Origin: Thalassobaculaceae bacterium
GTDB lineage: Bacteria > Pseudomonadota > Alphaproteobacteria > Thalassobaculales > Thalassobaculaceae
Direction of reading: 5' to 3'
Length of the DNA stretch: 64,000 nucleotides
Assembly: GCA_965228875.1 (NCBI GenBank)
Contig: OZ245843.1
Span: 4,260,616-4,324,615 of the forward strand
Shown: positions 19,692 through 31,511 of the stretch, piece by piece
Numbering within the stretch: position 1 is the stretch's first letter
How the letters are laid out: each line of letters opens with the position of its first letter
Program-made: the position numbers and the translations under genes
Notes under the pieces: model-generated
What the model saw: only the letters and a program-made list of their open reading frames with translations
Databases searched by the model: none
Told to the model about the DNA's origin: nothing

Positions 19692-21014
19692 ATGAGCTAC
19701 GATTCAGATCTCGCGGCGAAGACCGTCTCGGCCCGGGATGCGGCCGACAGCGTCGATGACGCGAGCAATCTGGTCCTCGGCATGGGCGTGGCGATGCCGC
19801 CGGCCTTCATGGCGGCGCTGGCCGAACGGGTGCGGGCGCGGCGCGGGCTCGGCCGGCTGAACGTCTATTACATGCATGGCAGCAAGGCGACGGCGGAGAC
19901 CATCCTGAAGCCGGACCTGATGGACGTGCTGCGGCTCAACATCCTGTTCATGAGCGGCCACGACCGGGCCTTCGCCGAGGAGGGGCGGAAGCGGGGCGAG
20001 ACCTGGGTGCACTTCGTCCCCGCCATGTTCCACCAGGTCGGCCGGCTGCTGACCGAGCAGATCCGCCCGGACTGTTTCGTGACGACGGTCTCGCCGATGG
20101 ACCGTTCGGGCCATTTCAGTCTCGGCACCAACCCGGACTACGGGGCGGAACTGGTACGCAAGGCCCGCCGGGTGATCGTCGAGGTCAACCGCAACATGCC
20201 GCGCACCTTCGGCGAGAACCTCCTGCACATCAGCCAGGTGGACGCGGTGATCGAGCATGACGCGCCGTTGATGGAGCTGCCGTCGCACGCGCCCGGCCCG
20301 GAGGATCTCGCCATCGCCCGGGCGATCGCGCCGCTGATCCCGGACGAGGCGACGCTGCAGATGGGGGTCGGCGGCGTGCCCGAGGCGGTGCTGGCGGAGC
20401 TTCGGGGGCACCGGCGTCTCGGGTTGCATTCGGAGCTGCTGTCGCCGCCGATGATCGACATGATCCGTCGCGGCGTCATCACCGGCGAGGCGAAGAGCCT
20501 GATGCGCTACAAGCACGTCTTCACCCTCGCGCTCGGCAATGCCGACATGTACGACTTCATGGACGACAACCCGTCCATCGTCGGCTATCCGGCGACCTGG
20601 GTGAACAACCCCGCGGTCATCCGCAAGAACCGTAACATGATCTCGGTCAACGCCGCTCTTCAGGTCGACCTGACCGGCCAGGTGAACTCGGAGGCGCTGA
20701 ACGGCCGTCAGTTCAGCGGCACCGGCGGTCAGCTCGACTTCGTGCGCGGCGCCTATCTGGCCCCCAACGGGAAGTCGTTCATCGCCCTGCATGCCACCGC
20801 CAGGGGCGGTACCGTCAGCCGGATCGTCCCGCAACTCGCCAACACGACGATCACCGACCCGCGCGTCGATACCCAGTTCATCGTGACCGAGTTCGGCATG
20901 GCGGACATGAAGGGGAAGTCCCTGTCGGAGCGGGCCGAGGCCCTGGTGGCCATCGCCCACCCCGACTTCCGCGACTCGCTCGCCGCCGAGGCGAAGGCGG
21001 CCGGGCTGACCTGA
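19692..21014 (+). CDS. acetyl-CoA hydrolase / CoA-transferase (4-hydroxybutyrate CoA-transferase-like)
   Basis: VIVEVN, LQMGVGGVP, GLHSE, VDLTGQ, SGTGGQLDFVRGA, VTEFG. Confidence 0.92.
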   Translation: MSYDSDLAAKTVSARDAADSVDDASNLVLGMGVAMPPAFMAALAERVRARRGLGRLNVYYMHGSKATAETILKPDLMDVLRLNILFMSGHDRAFAEEGRKRGETWVHFVPAMFHQVGRLLTEQIRPDCFVTTVSPMDRSGHFSLGTNPDYGAELVRKARRVIVEVNRNMPRTFGENLLHISQVDAVIEHDAPLMELPSHAPGPEDLAIARAIAPLIPDEATLQMGVGGVPEAVLAELRGHRRLGLHSELLSPPMIDMIRRGVITGEAKSLMRYKHVFTLALGNADMYDFMDDNPSIVGYPATWVNNPAVIRKNRNMISVNAALQVDLTGQVNSEALNGRQFSGTGGQLDFVRGAYLAPNGKSFIALHATARGGTVSRIVPQLANTTITDPRVDTQFIVTEFGMADMKGKSLSERAEALVAIAHPDFRDSLAAEAKAAGLT

Positions 21015-21017
21015 CTC

Positions 21018-21926
21018 CTACCTCATTCCGTCGCTCAGGCCGCGCAGCAGGGTCAGCAGGATGCTGTTGGCGGGCGTGGGGATGCCGAGCCGGGCGCCGG
21101 CATCGACCACGGCGCCGGTTAGCGCGTCACCCTCGAGCGGCCGCCCGGCCATCACGTCGAAATACATCGAGGTGCCGGCCTCCGGCGGGAATTTCATCAG
21201 CCGCGCCATGATCAGCTCGGCGTCGTCCTCCCCGACCTGCGCGCCGCTGGCCCGCGCGACCGCGACGCCCTCCTCCAGCAGGGTGGCGGCCAGCGCCTTG
21301 GCGTCGTCGCGGCGCAGCACGGCCTGGCGCTGACGGGTCAGGGCGGTGATCGGATTGGCGACGATGTTGATCAGCAGCTTACGCCACGCCTCGGTGACGA
21401 AATCCGGGTTCCGCTGGCAGGTGATCGGCGTGCCGGCCAGCAGGTCGGCGAAGCGCCCGGCCGCCGCGCTGTCGGGCAGCGATATGTCGGCCGTTCCCAC
21501 ATGGCGCATGCGTACGTGGTCGGCGGCGATGCGTTCGCCGTTGTAGTAGACGATCGTCGGCAGCACCTCGGCTTCTCCGACATAGGGGGCGACGCGCGCG
21601 GCATGGTCGATCCCGTTCTGCAGCACCGCGACGGTCGTCCAGGGCCCGCAGAGCGCGCGCAGCCAGGCCCCCGCGCCGTCCGTGTCCTGGGCCTTGGTGG
21701 TGAGCAGCACCCAGTCGACGGGGGAGGCGTCGCCCGGGTCGGTCAGCACGTCGAGGGACACGACGGCGCTCTCGTCCGGCAGGTCCACGGTCAGGCGCTC
21801 GATGGGCCGGCGGGCGCAGGCGATCACGTCATGGCGGCCGGCAAGGGCGAGGGCGCCGGCGGCGACACCGCCGATCCCGCCCAGACCGATGACGGCGACC
21901 CGCTGGCGGTCGGATGAATGGGGCAT
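21018..21926 (-). CDS. panE: 2-dehydropantoate 2-reductase family
   Basis: IGLGGIG, TTKA, LQNGI, WRKLLIN..N, TSMYFD, GRPLE. Confidence 0.85.
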   Translation of the reverse strand: MPHSSDRQRVAVIGLGGIGGVAAGALALAGRHDVIACARRPIERLTVDLPDESAVVSLDVLTDPGDASPVDWVLLTTKAQDTDGAGAWLRALCGPWTTVAVLQNGIDHAARVAPYVGEAEVLPTIVYYNGERIAADHVRMRHVGTADISLPDSAAAGRFADLLAGTPITCQRNPDFVTEAWRKLLINIVANPITALTRQRQAVLRRDDAKALAATLLEEGVAVARASGAQVGEDDAELIMARLMKFPPEAGTSMYFDVMAGRPLEGDALTGAVVDAGARLGIPTPANSILLTLLRGLSDGMR

Positions 21927-22115
21927 GCGGCGGCCTTGCTGTCGGGTTCAGGGTGCGCCCAATTGACGGCACGAGCATGCGCCTGCGCAACCCGCAAAGC
22001 GCGGCGGTGGGGCAGAGGTCCGATCGACGGGCGTCGTTCCGGGGCTTTCTCCGGGACGGGGCTGCGCTACTCTCGCGGCGGCAACCGCCAGAACGCGATC
22101 CAGGAGGAGACGACC

Positions 22116-22439
22116 ATGCTGTTCGACGTGCGCAAATACACCTGCCGACCCGGCACCATCGCCAAGCACCTCGAGCTCTACGAGAAGATGGGCAAGGAGC
22201 CGCAGGCCAAGCATCTCGGCCAGCCGGTGCTCTACGCCAAGTGCGAGACCGGCGATCCGAACTGCTACATCCACATCTGGGCCTACGACAACGCCGGTGA
22301 CCGCGAGGCCAAGCGCGCCGCCATGTGGAAGGACCCGGACTGGCTCGCCTACACCCAGGAGAGCGCCCGGCTCGGGGCCCTGGAGAAGCAGGAGAACACC
22401 CTGTTCAACGACGTGAGCTTCTATCCCTTCAAGCGCTGA
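22116..22439 (+). CDS. NIPSNAP family protein
   Basis: VRKYTCRPG, HIWAYD, REAKRAAMWKDPDW; AGGAGG RBS. Confidence 0.9.
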   Translation: MLFDVRKYTCRPGTIAKHLELYEKMGKEPQAKHLGQPVLYAKCETGDPNCYIHIWAYDNAGDREAKRAAMWKDPDWLAYTQESARLGALEKQENTLFNDVSFYPFKR

Positions 22440-22446
22440 CCCGACG

Positions 22447-23619
22447 CTACATCAGCGCGCCATCCCGCGCGACGACCCGCCCGCCCTTGACCACCAGCGC
22501 CCGGGGCGGGCGGTTCACCACCGCCTCGGCCAGGGTCTCGGCCTCGACGGCGACGAAATCACCCCGCGCTCCGACCTCCAGTCCGTAGGGACCGTAGCCG
22601 AGGGCCTGCGCCGCCGCGCCGGTGGCGAGATCGAAGGCCCGGGCCAGTCCGGTATCGGTGCGCAGTCCGGCGCGATAGGCCACCAGCATCGCCCGCTCCA
22701 GCATGTCGCCATTGCCGAAGGGCGACCAGGCGTCGCGCACGTTGTCGGAGCCGGCGAACACCCGCACGCCGGCCTCGCGCAGCGCCTCCACGGGGATCAG
22801 GTTCCCGGTGCCGGGGGCGCTCGTCAGGATCGCGACGTCGGCCCGCGCCAGATCGGCCATCGTCAGCGCAAGGGTACGGTCGTCGACGGTGGCGAGCGCG
22901 AAGGCGTGGCTGACCGTCACCCGTCCGTGCATGCCGAGGGCCGCCGTGCGGTCGGCGATGGCCCGCAGCTCCAGCGCCCCCCGGTGGCCCGGGTCGTGGA
23001 GGTGGATGTCGACGCCGACGCCATGCTTGCCGGCGAGGGCGAAGATCAGGTCGAGATGGCTGTCCATGTCGCCGTCGATGCCCGCCGGATCGAGGCCGCC
23101 GATCAACTCGGCTCCCTCGGCGAGGGCGGCATCGAGAAGGTCGGCGACGCCCGGCGCCGTCAGCACGCCGGATTGCGGGAAGGCGACGAGCTGGACGTCG
23201 ACGCGGTCCGCGAACGCCTCGCGCGCCGCCATCACCTGGTGCAGGTGGTCGAGCCGGCTGTCCGGGTCGATATCGACATGGCTGCGCAGGGCGACGGTGC
23301 CCATGGCGAGCTCGCGGGCGAGGAAGTTCCGGGCGCGCTGTTCGACCGGGAGGCTCAGGTCGGCCCGCCCGGTCTTCTCGGCGGCGATCCGGTCGACCAC
23401 CGTCGGGCCGGCGCGATGCGGACGCCACGGCAGGCCGAGAAAGGTTTTGTCCAGGTGGATATGACCGTCGATCAGACCGGGCAGAACCAGCTTGCCGCCC
23501 AGATCCTCCGCGTCGCTCCGCGACGGCGCCTCGAAGGCGGAAAACAGGCCGTCGGCTATGGCGATGTCGACCGTTCGGCCGTCCGGCAGCCTGGCATTGC
23601 GGAAGCGGGTCGCGGTCAT
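22447..23619 (-). CDS. amidohydrolase (cytosine deaminase-like)
   Basis: DGHIHLDK, RSHVD, VAFPQSG, DIHLHD, VSHA, GSDNVRDAWSPFGNGD. Confidence 0.92.
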   Translation of the reverse strand: MTATRFRNARLPDGRTVDIAIADGLFSAFEAPSRSDAEDLGGKLVLPGLIDGHIHLDKTFLGLPWRPHRAGPTVVDRIAAEKTGRADLSLPVEQRARNFLARELAMGTVALRSHVDIDPDSRLDHLHQVMAAREAFADRVDVQLVAFPQSGVLTAPGVADLLDAALAEGAELIGGLDPAGIDGDMDSHLDLIFALAGKHGVGVDIHLHDPGHRGALELRAIADRTAALGMHGRVTVSHAFALATVDDRTLALTMADLARADVAILTSAPGTGNLIPVEALREAGVRVFAGSDNVRDAWSPFGNGDMLERAMLVAYRAGLRTDTGLARAFDLATGAAAQALGYGPYGLEVGARGDFVAVEAETLAEAVVNRPPRALVVKGGRVVARDGALM

Positions 23620-24455
23620 CCGTTGGGTCCTTTCCCGGGGTTCGGCTCGCGAAGATAGCGGGTCGGCGAGGCACCGAGGGTGCGGCGGAACATGGCGATG
23701 AAGGCGCTGGGACTGGCGTAGCCGAGGTCGAGGGCGACGGTTGTCACCGGCTCGTCCGCCGCCAGCCGCTCCAGCGCCGCGAGCAGCCGGCGGCGCTGGC
23801 GCCAGCGTCCGAAGGACAGCCCGGTTTCGGTCTGGAAGAGCCGGGCCAGGGTTCGGGCGCTGGCGCCGACGTCGCGGCCCCAGTCGGCGAGGTCGCGCCC
23901 GTCCGCCGGGTCGGCGATCAGCGCCTCGGCCACGGCCAGCGCCCGACGGTCGCGCGGCAGCGGCAGGTCGAGCGGTGCGGTCGGCAGGTCGGCCAATTCG
24001 TCGGCCAGGACCGCGACGATGCGCGCTTCCGGACCGGTCTCCGGGTACTCCCGTGGCAGGGCCGTGACCCGGGCGATCAGTTCACGCACCAGGGCGGGCA
24101 CGGCGACCACACGACACCGGTCGGCAACGGCCACGCCGGCGTCGCGGCGCAGGTACAGCGTACGCATGGCCACAGCCGAGGCGGCCCGGACCTCATGCAC
24201 CACGCCGGCCGGCACCCAGACGGCGTAGCCCGGCGGCACGATCCAGGCACCGTCATCCGTGCGCACCGCCATCACCCCGCGCTCGCCGTGGACCAGCTGG
24301 TCGCGGTCGTGGTGATGCCAGCCGGTGGAGTGTCCCGGCACGTAGTCGACCGCGTAGCCGACGATCGCCTTCGGCCAGTGCTGGCGGTCGCGGACATCCG
24401 CACTGCCGCCGCCGACGGAGACCAGGTTTCGGGAGGGGTGGCCGGATTGCAACAT
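23616..24455 (-). CDS. AraC family regulator (cupin + HTH)
   Basis: WHHHDRDQL cupin; SARTLARLFQTETGLSF, LGYASPSAFIAMFRR; ATGA overlap with the amidohydrolase; start approximate. Confidence 0.9.
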   Translation of the reverse strand: MLQSGHPSRNLVSVGGGSADVRDRQHWPKAIVGYAVDYVPGHSTGWHHHDRDQLVHGERGVMAVRTDDGAWIVPPGYAVWVPAGVVHEVRAASAVAMRTLYLRRDAGVAVADRCRVVAVPALVRELIARVTALPREYPETGPEARIVAVLADELADLPTAPLDLPLPRDRRALAVAEALIADPADGRDLADWGRDVGASARTLARLFQTETGLSFGRWRQRRRLLAALERLAADEPVTTVALDLGYASPSAFIAMFRRTLGASPTRYLREPNPGKGPNG

Positions 24456-24528
24456 CGATTGACGGTCTATCGAAAGACGGCAAGTCGGACAAGGCGGATA
24501 ATCCTCGAGACCAGTCTTGGAGGATCCG

Positions 24529-25743
24529 ATGCGTCTCGATGCCCGCTTCCTGTTCCTGAACGTCGGCCACGCGGTCGACCATCTCATGATGCTGCTGTTC
24601 CCGACCGCGGTGATCCTCATGGCGCACGAGACAGGAGCGGATTACGGCGAGCTTCTGGCGCTCTCGACATTCGGCTTCATCGCCTTCGGCGCGTTCTCGC
24701 TTCCGGCGGGATGGCTCGCCGACCGCTGGAACCGGGAGAACATGATCTCCGTGTTCTTCATCGGGATCGGCGCGGTCACGGTGCTGACCGGGTTCGCGCG
24801 GGAACCGTGGCACTTCGCGGTCGCGGTGTTCCTCATCGGCGTGTTCGCGGCGATCTATCACCCGGTCGGGATCGCCATGGTCAGCCAGGGCGCCGCCGCC
24901 AGCGGCAATATCGGGCGCCGCATGGGCATCAACGGGGTGTGGGGCAACATGGGGCTGGCGGCGGCCCCGATCGTCGTCGGCGCTCTGGCGGACTACGCCG
25001 GCTGGCGCTACGCGTTCTTCGTGCCGGGCGCGGCCTCCATCGTCATCGGCCTGTTGTGGATCGCCCATTGCCGCAGCACCGCCGGGCGCGCCGCGATCGA
25101 GTCGGCGGCCCAGTCGACGGCGGCGGCGCGCAAGGCCAAGTCGGGTCCGGCGGCGGACTGGAAAACGGTGCTGGTGGTCGTCTTCATCGCCACCGCGTTC
25201 GGCGGTTTCATCTTCAACGCATCGACGATCTCGCTGTCCAAGGTGTTCGACGAGCGGGTCGCCTCCTTCGCGGTCAGCGGCATCGCGGCCGGCTCGATGG
25301 TGGCGATCGTCAAGGCGCTCGCGTCGCTCACCCAGATCGCGGTCGGCTACCTGATCGACCGCTACTCGACGAAGATGGTCTTCCTGATCCTGGCGCTCGG
25401 CGACGTGGCGGTGTTCCTCGCCGCCAGCGGGGCGACCGGCTCGACCATGCTGGGCCTGTCCCTGGCGATGATGATGCTGGTTTTCGGCCAGATTCCGATC
25501 ACCGACACGCTGGTCGCCCGCAACACGCCGGAGCACTGGCGGGGCCGGGCCTACGCGATCAAGTACGTGGTCTCGTTCGGCGTGGCGGCGACGGCGGTGC
25601 CGACGATCTCCTGGCTCCACCTGTACGGCGGCGGATTCTCCAGTCTGTTCCTGGCCTGCGCCGCCTGCGCGGCGGTGATCGCGACCGCGGTGGCGTTCCT
25701 GCCGCGCCTCAGCCCCGCTCCGGCGGTTCAGCCGGGCGAGTGA
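24529..25743 (+). CDS. MFS transporter
   Basis: GWLADRW motif A, AIYHPVG, about 12 hydrophobic segments; GGAGG RBS. Confidence 0.92.
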   Translation: MRLDARFLFLNVGHAVDHLMMLLFPTAVILMAHETGADYGELLALSTFGFIAFGAFSLPAGWLADRWNRENMISVFFIGIGAVTVLTGFAREPWHFAVAVFLIGVFAAIYHPVGIAMVSQGAAASGNIGRRMGINGVWGNMGLAAAPIVVGALADYAGWRYAFFVPGAASIVIGLLWIAHCRSTAGRAAIESAAQSTAAARKAKSGPAADWKTVLVVVFIATAFGGFIFNASTISLSKVFDERVASFAVSGIAAGSMVAIVKALASLTQIAVGYLIDRYSTKMVFLILALGDVAVFLAASGATGSTMLGLSLAMMMLVFGQIPITDTLVARNTPEHWRGRAYAIKYVVSFGVAATAVPTISWLHLYGGGFSSLFLACAACAAVIATAVAFLPRLSPAPAVQPGE

Positions 25744-25749
25744 GGCCCG

Positions 25750-26109
25750 CTACCGCGCGAACCCGGCGATCGGTGTCATGTAGACCGCCCCCATGCGGTC
25801 GAGCGCCTTGCGCACGGCGTCGTCCGGCGTGCCGTACACGGTGATCCTGCGCGGCTCGCATACGGCCATGAAGCGTTCGGCGCACTCCTTGCCGAACCAC
25901 TTCAGGTGGGTCATCACCGCCGCCGAGTCCCGGTAGCGCTCGTGGATGTGGCAGGTCCCCAGATCCTCGGAGACCGTCCACTCGTAGGCCAGGGCGCCCG
26001 GCTCATTGGCCTCGGTCGCCGCGACCATCTCCACCATGAGCGTCTTGAAGGCATCGAACCGGCCTTCCCGGATCGCGACCTGCAGGATCCAAGAAACGTG
26101 TTCGGACAT
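25750..26109 (-). CDS. antibiotic-biosynthesis-monooxygenase (ABM) family protein
   Basis: EPGALAYEW, HERYRDSAAVMTH, VYGTP. Confidence 0.85.
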   Translation of the reverse strand: MSEHVSWILQVAIREGRFDAFKTLMVEMVAATEANEPGALAYEWTVSEDLGTCHIHERYRDSAAVMTHLKWFGKECAERFMAVCEPRRITVYGTPDDAVRKALDRMGAVYMTPIAGFAR

Positions 26110-26152
26110 GGGCCGAGCCCTCCCTGTGCTTGGTCGTACCGGCTGGCGGCGG

Positions 26153-27607
26153 TCAGGCGCCGTAGAAGATCTTACCGGGATTCATCACTCCGGTCGGATC
26201 GATCGCCGCCTTGATGGCCCGCATCAGGGCGATCCGGCTCTCCGGCGTGTAGCGCAGGAAATCGTCGCGCTTCAGCCCGCCGATCCCATGCTCGGCCGAG
26301 AAGCTGCCGCCGAACTCGGCGCAGAGCGCGCTGATCCGGTCGGACAGGTCGCCCTTGCGCTGGGTCCAGGCCTCCGGCGACATGCCGTCCGGCCGGTACA
26401 TGCCGTAGTGAATGTTGCCGTCGCCCATATGGCCGAAGGCGTTGATGAACAGGTCCGGCTGCTCGGCCAGCAGCATGGCCTCGGCCCTGGCCAGAAACTC
26501 GGCGACACGGCTGACGGGAACGGAGACGTCGCAGGAGATCTGCCCGCCCTGACGCCTGCCGGCCTCGGCCTGCTCCTCGCGGATGCGCCAGATCTGCGCG
26601 CGCTGCGTCTCGCTCTCGGCGATCGCCCCGTCGGTGACGGTGCCGTTCTCCATCGCCTCGGAGAAGATCGCCTCCAGCTTGCCGCGCAGGTCGTCGATCT
26701 CCGACGACGTGGCCATCTCCATCAGCACGTACCAGGGCGACGGCTGCGCGATCGGATCGACGATCCCTTCGATGTGCTTGAGAGCCAGGTCGAAGCAGCT
26801 CCGCGGCATCAGTTCGAACGCGATCACGGTGTCGCCGGACAGCTCGCGGGCGCGCGACAGCAGGATCTGGGCCGCTTCCGGGTTGGGCACGGAAAGCATC
26901 GCCGTCTCTCGGACCTTCGGTCCGGGCATCAGCCGCACGGCGGCCGCGGTGATGATGCCGAGCGTGCCTTCGGCGCCGATGAACAGGTGCTTCAGGTCGT
27001 AGCCGGTGTTGTTCTTGCGCAGGGTGTTGAGGCCGTCGAACACGGTACCGTCCGGCAGCACCACCTCGAGGCCGAGCACCTGCTCGCGGGCGTTGCCGTA
27101 GCGGATCGTGTTGTTGCCGCCGGCATTGGTCGACAGCGTCCCGCCGACCGTGGACGACCCTTCGGAGGAGAGCGACAGCGGGTACAGCCGGCCGGCCTCT
27201 GCCGCCGCCTGCTGCAGGTTCTGGATGATACAGCCGGCCTCGGCCACCATCGCGAAATTGTCGGCGTCCAGCGCGCGGATCCGCGTCATGCGGTCCAGCG
27301 ATACGATGACGGTCGGGACAGCCTCGGTCGGGATCGAGCCGAGCACCAGTCCGGTGTTGCCGCCCTGGGCGGTCACCGCGATGCCGGCGCCATGGCAGAG
27401 GCGAACAACCTCCGAGACCTGCCCGGTGGAGTCGGGCCGCGCCACCAGCAGCGCATCGCCCACCACGCCGCCGCGCCAATCGGTGCGGTACTTCAGGGTG
27501 TCGCCGGCCTCTTCGAGCCAGCCCTTGTCGCCGACGACCTGCTTGATCGCCGCGATTGCCTCGGTGACCGCCTGCGCGGGAACGGACGACGGTGCGTCGA
27601 CGTTCAT
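26153..27607 (-). CDS. FAD-linked oxidoreductase (D-2-hydroxyacid dehydrogenase/GlcD family)
   Basis: QGGNTGL, STNAGG, LRKNNTGYDLK, GAEGTLG, GHMGDGNIH, SAEHGIG, MNPGK. Confidence 0.93.
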   Translation of the reverse strand: MNVDAPSSVPAQAVTEAIAAIKQVVGDKGWLEEAGDTLKYRTDWRGGVVGDALLVARPDSTGQVSEVVRLCHGAGIAVTAQGGNTGLVLGSIPTEAVPTVIVSLDRMTRIRALDADNFAMVAEAGCIIQNLQQAAAEAGRLYPLSLSSEGSSTVGGTLSTNAGGNNTIRYGNAREQVLGLEVVLPDGTVFDGLNTLRKNNTGYDLKHLFIGAEGTLGIITAAAVRLMPGPKVRETAMLSVPNPEAAQILLSRARELSGDTVIAFELMPRSCFDLALKHIEGIVDPIAQPSPWYVLMEMATSSEIDDLRGKLEAIFSEAMENGTVTDGAIAESETQRAQIWRIREEQAEAGRRQGGQISCDVSVPVSRVAEFLARAEAMLLAEQPDLFINAFGHMGDGNIHYGMYRPDGMSPEAWTQRKGDLSDRISALCAEFGGSFSAEHGIGGLKRDDFLRYTPESRIALMRAIKAAIDPTGVMNPGKIFYGA

Positions 27608-27696
27608 CGGTTTCCTCCGGACCTTGATCTTGATTGTTGGCGCGATCATGCGGCGGCGGGGCGCGGTGGGCAAGCCACAGACATTGCGGCGCGCCC

Positions 27697-28461
27697 TCAG
27701 GCCGCGGCCCCGTGGCAGTGCTTGTAGCGTTTGCCCGAACCGCAGGGGCAGGGCGCGTTGCGCGCCGGCGTCTCGCGCAGGGACAGGTCGGCGAACTCGA
27801 CGCGTTCCGCTTCGGCGGCGATCTGCGACAACAGGTCGGCGCTCCGATCGGCACCCCGATCGGCGCCGGCGGTGCGCATATGGAAGCTCCTCAGCATACC
27901 GGCCACCGCCGTGTTGAATGCCGTGTCGGCGCTCGACGCGACCGCTGCCAGCGGCCCGCGCTCCAGTTCGATCAGGCCATGACACAGGGCGAACAGCGCG
28001 TAGGCGTCGGCGGTGGCGGTCTCTTCGCCGACCATGGCGGCGACCTGGCGTCGCAGCAGCGTCCAGAAGTCCCGGGCGCGCTGCTCGGCGAGATCGCTGC
28101 GGGAATGGCCGTCGGGCGGGGAGCCGAACATGACCCGGTAGTGATCGCCGTGGGTGCGCGCGAAGCCGCGAAGCGTGCGGCAGACCGCCGAGATCCAGCT
28201 CGCCGGCCGGTCCGGCGCGGCGGCCAGGGCCTGTCGGCAGGCCTCGTTGAGCACGTCGAACCCTTCGCGGTTGATCGCGTCGAGCACGCCGTCCTTGCCG
28301 CCGAGCCGGCTGTAGATCGCCATCGTCGTGGTGCCCGCTTGCTTGGCGATGGCGCGCACGGTGAGGCCATCCAGCCCGTCGCGGGCGAGGACGGCGCCGG
28401 CGGCGGCCAGAAGGGCGGTGGCGTCAGGGGTGGGTCTGGTTGTCGGCGACACGGTCTGCAT
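27697..28461 (-). CDS. TetR family regulator with C-terminal SEC-C motif
   Basis: HTH LTVRAIAKQAGTTTMAIYSRLGGKDG; CHG helix; ends [18 protein letters not shown]; alternative GTG start 28470. Confidence 0.88.
   Translation of the reverse strand: MQTVSPTTRPTPDATALLAAAGAVLARDGLDGLTVRAIAKQAGTTTMAIYSRLGGKDGVLDAINREGFDVLNEACRQALAAAPDRPASWISAVCRTLRGFARTHGDHYRVMFGSPPDGHSRSDLAEQRARDFWTLLRRQVAAMVGEETATADAYALFALCHGLIELERGPLAAVASSADTAFNTAVAGMLRSFHMRTAGADRGADRSADLLSQIAAEAERVEFADLSLRETPARNAPCPCGSGKRYKHCHGAAA
27710..27764. repeat. 55-nt direct repeat, copy 1 (SEC-C coding DNA of TetR)
   Basis: 49/55 identical to 28587-28641 by manual alignment. Confidence 0.9.
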
Positions 28462-28485
28462 CCCATTCACGGCGGAACGGGCGGT

Positions 28486-28506
28486 ATCATAACCGCGTTA
28501 TATGAT
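28486..28506. promoter_or_regulatory. AT-rich palindrome, candidate TetR operator
   Basis: ATAAC-cgc-GTTAT (28489-28501) flanked by ATCAT/ATGAT, immediately upstream of the TetR gene. Confidence 0.5.
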
Positions 28507-28573
28507 GGTTACATCCCTTTTCGCCGCAGATGGCCGTGCCGGGGAGCGCCGTCCGCTGCCGTCGGCCGACGGG

Positions 28574-31348
<2,775 letters not shown>

Positions 31349-31490
31349 GGATGGTCCCCGAATTGAGCGCGCGCCAGCCGACGCGGCGGTTCGAGCAGGA
31401 CATGTAGGGGGAGCGCGGAGCCCTGTCAACGCGCGGGGCCCCGGTCGCCCGCCGCGGCAAATCGGCGGATTCATTGCGCTCGAGAGAAGG

Positions 31491-31506
31491 TTAACGCATT
31501 CTTAAC
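31491..31506. promoter_or_regulatory. CtrA binding site
   Basis: TTAA-cgcattc-TTAAC on the plus strand; the minus strand reads TTAA-gaatgcg-TTAACC. Exact TTAA-N7-TTAAC consensus in a GC-rich background. Confidence 0.75.
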
Positions 31507-31511
31507 AGATC

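Noticed and set aside
21967..21980. Sigma54 promoter (cggcacgagcatgc)
   Set aside because: GG to GC spacing is 9 nt rather than the required 10.
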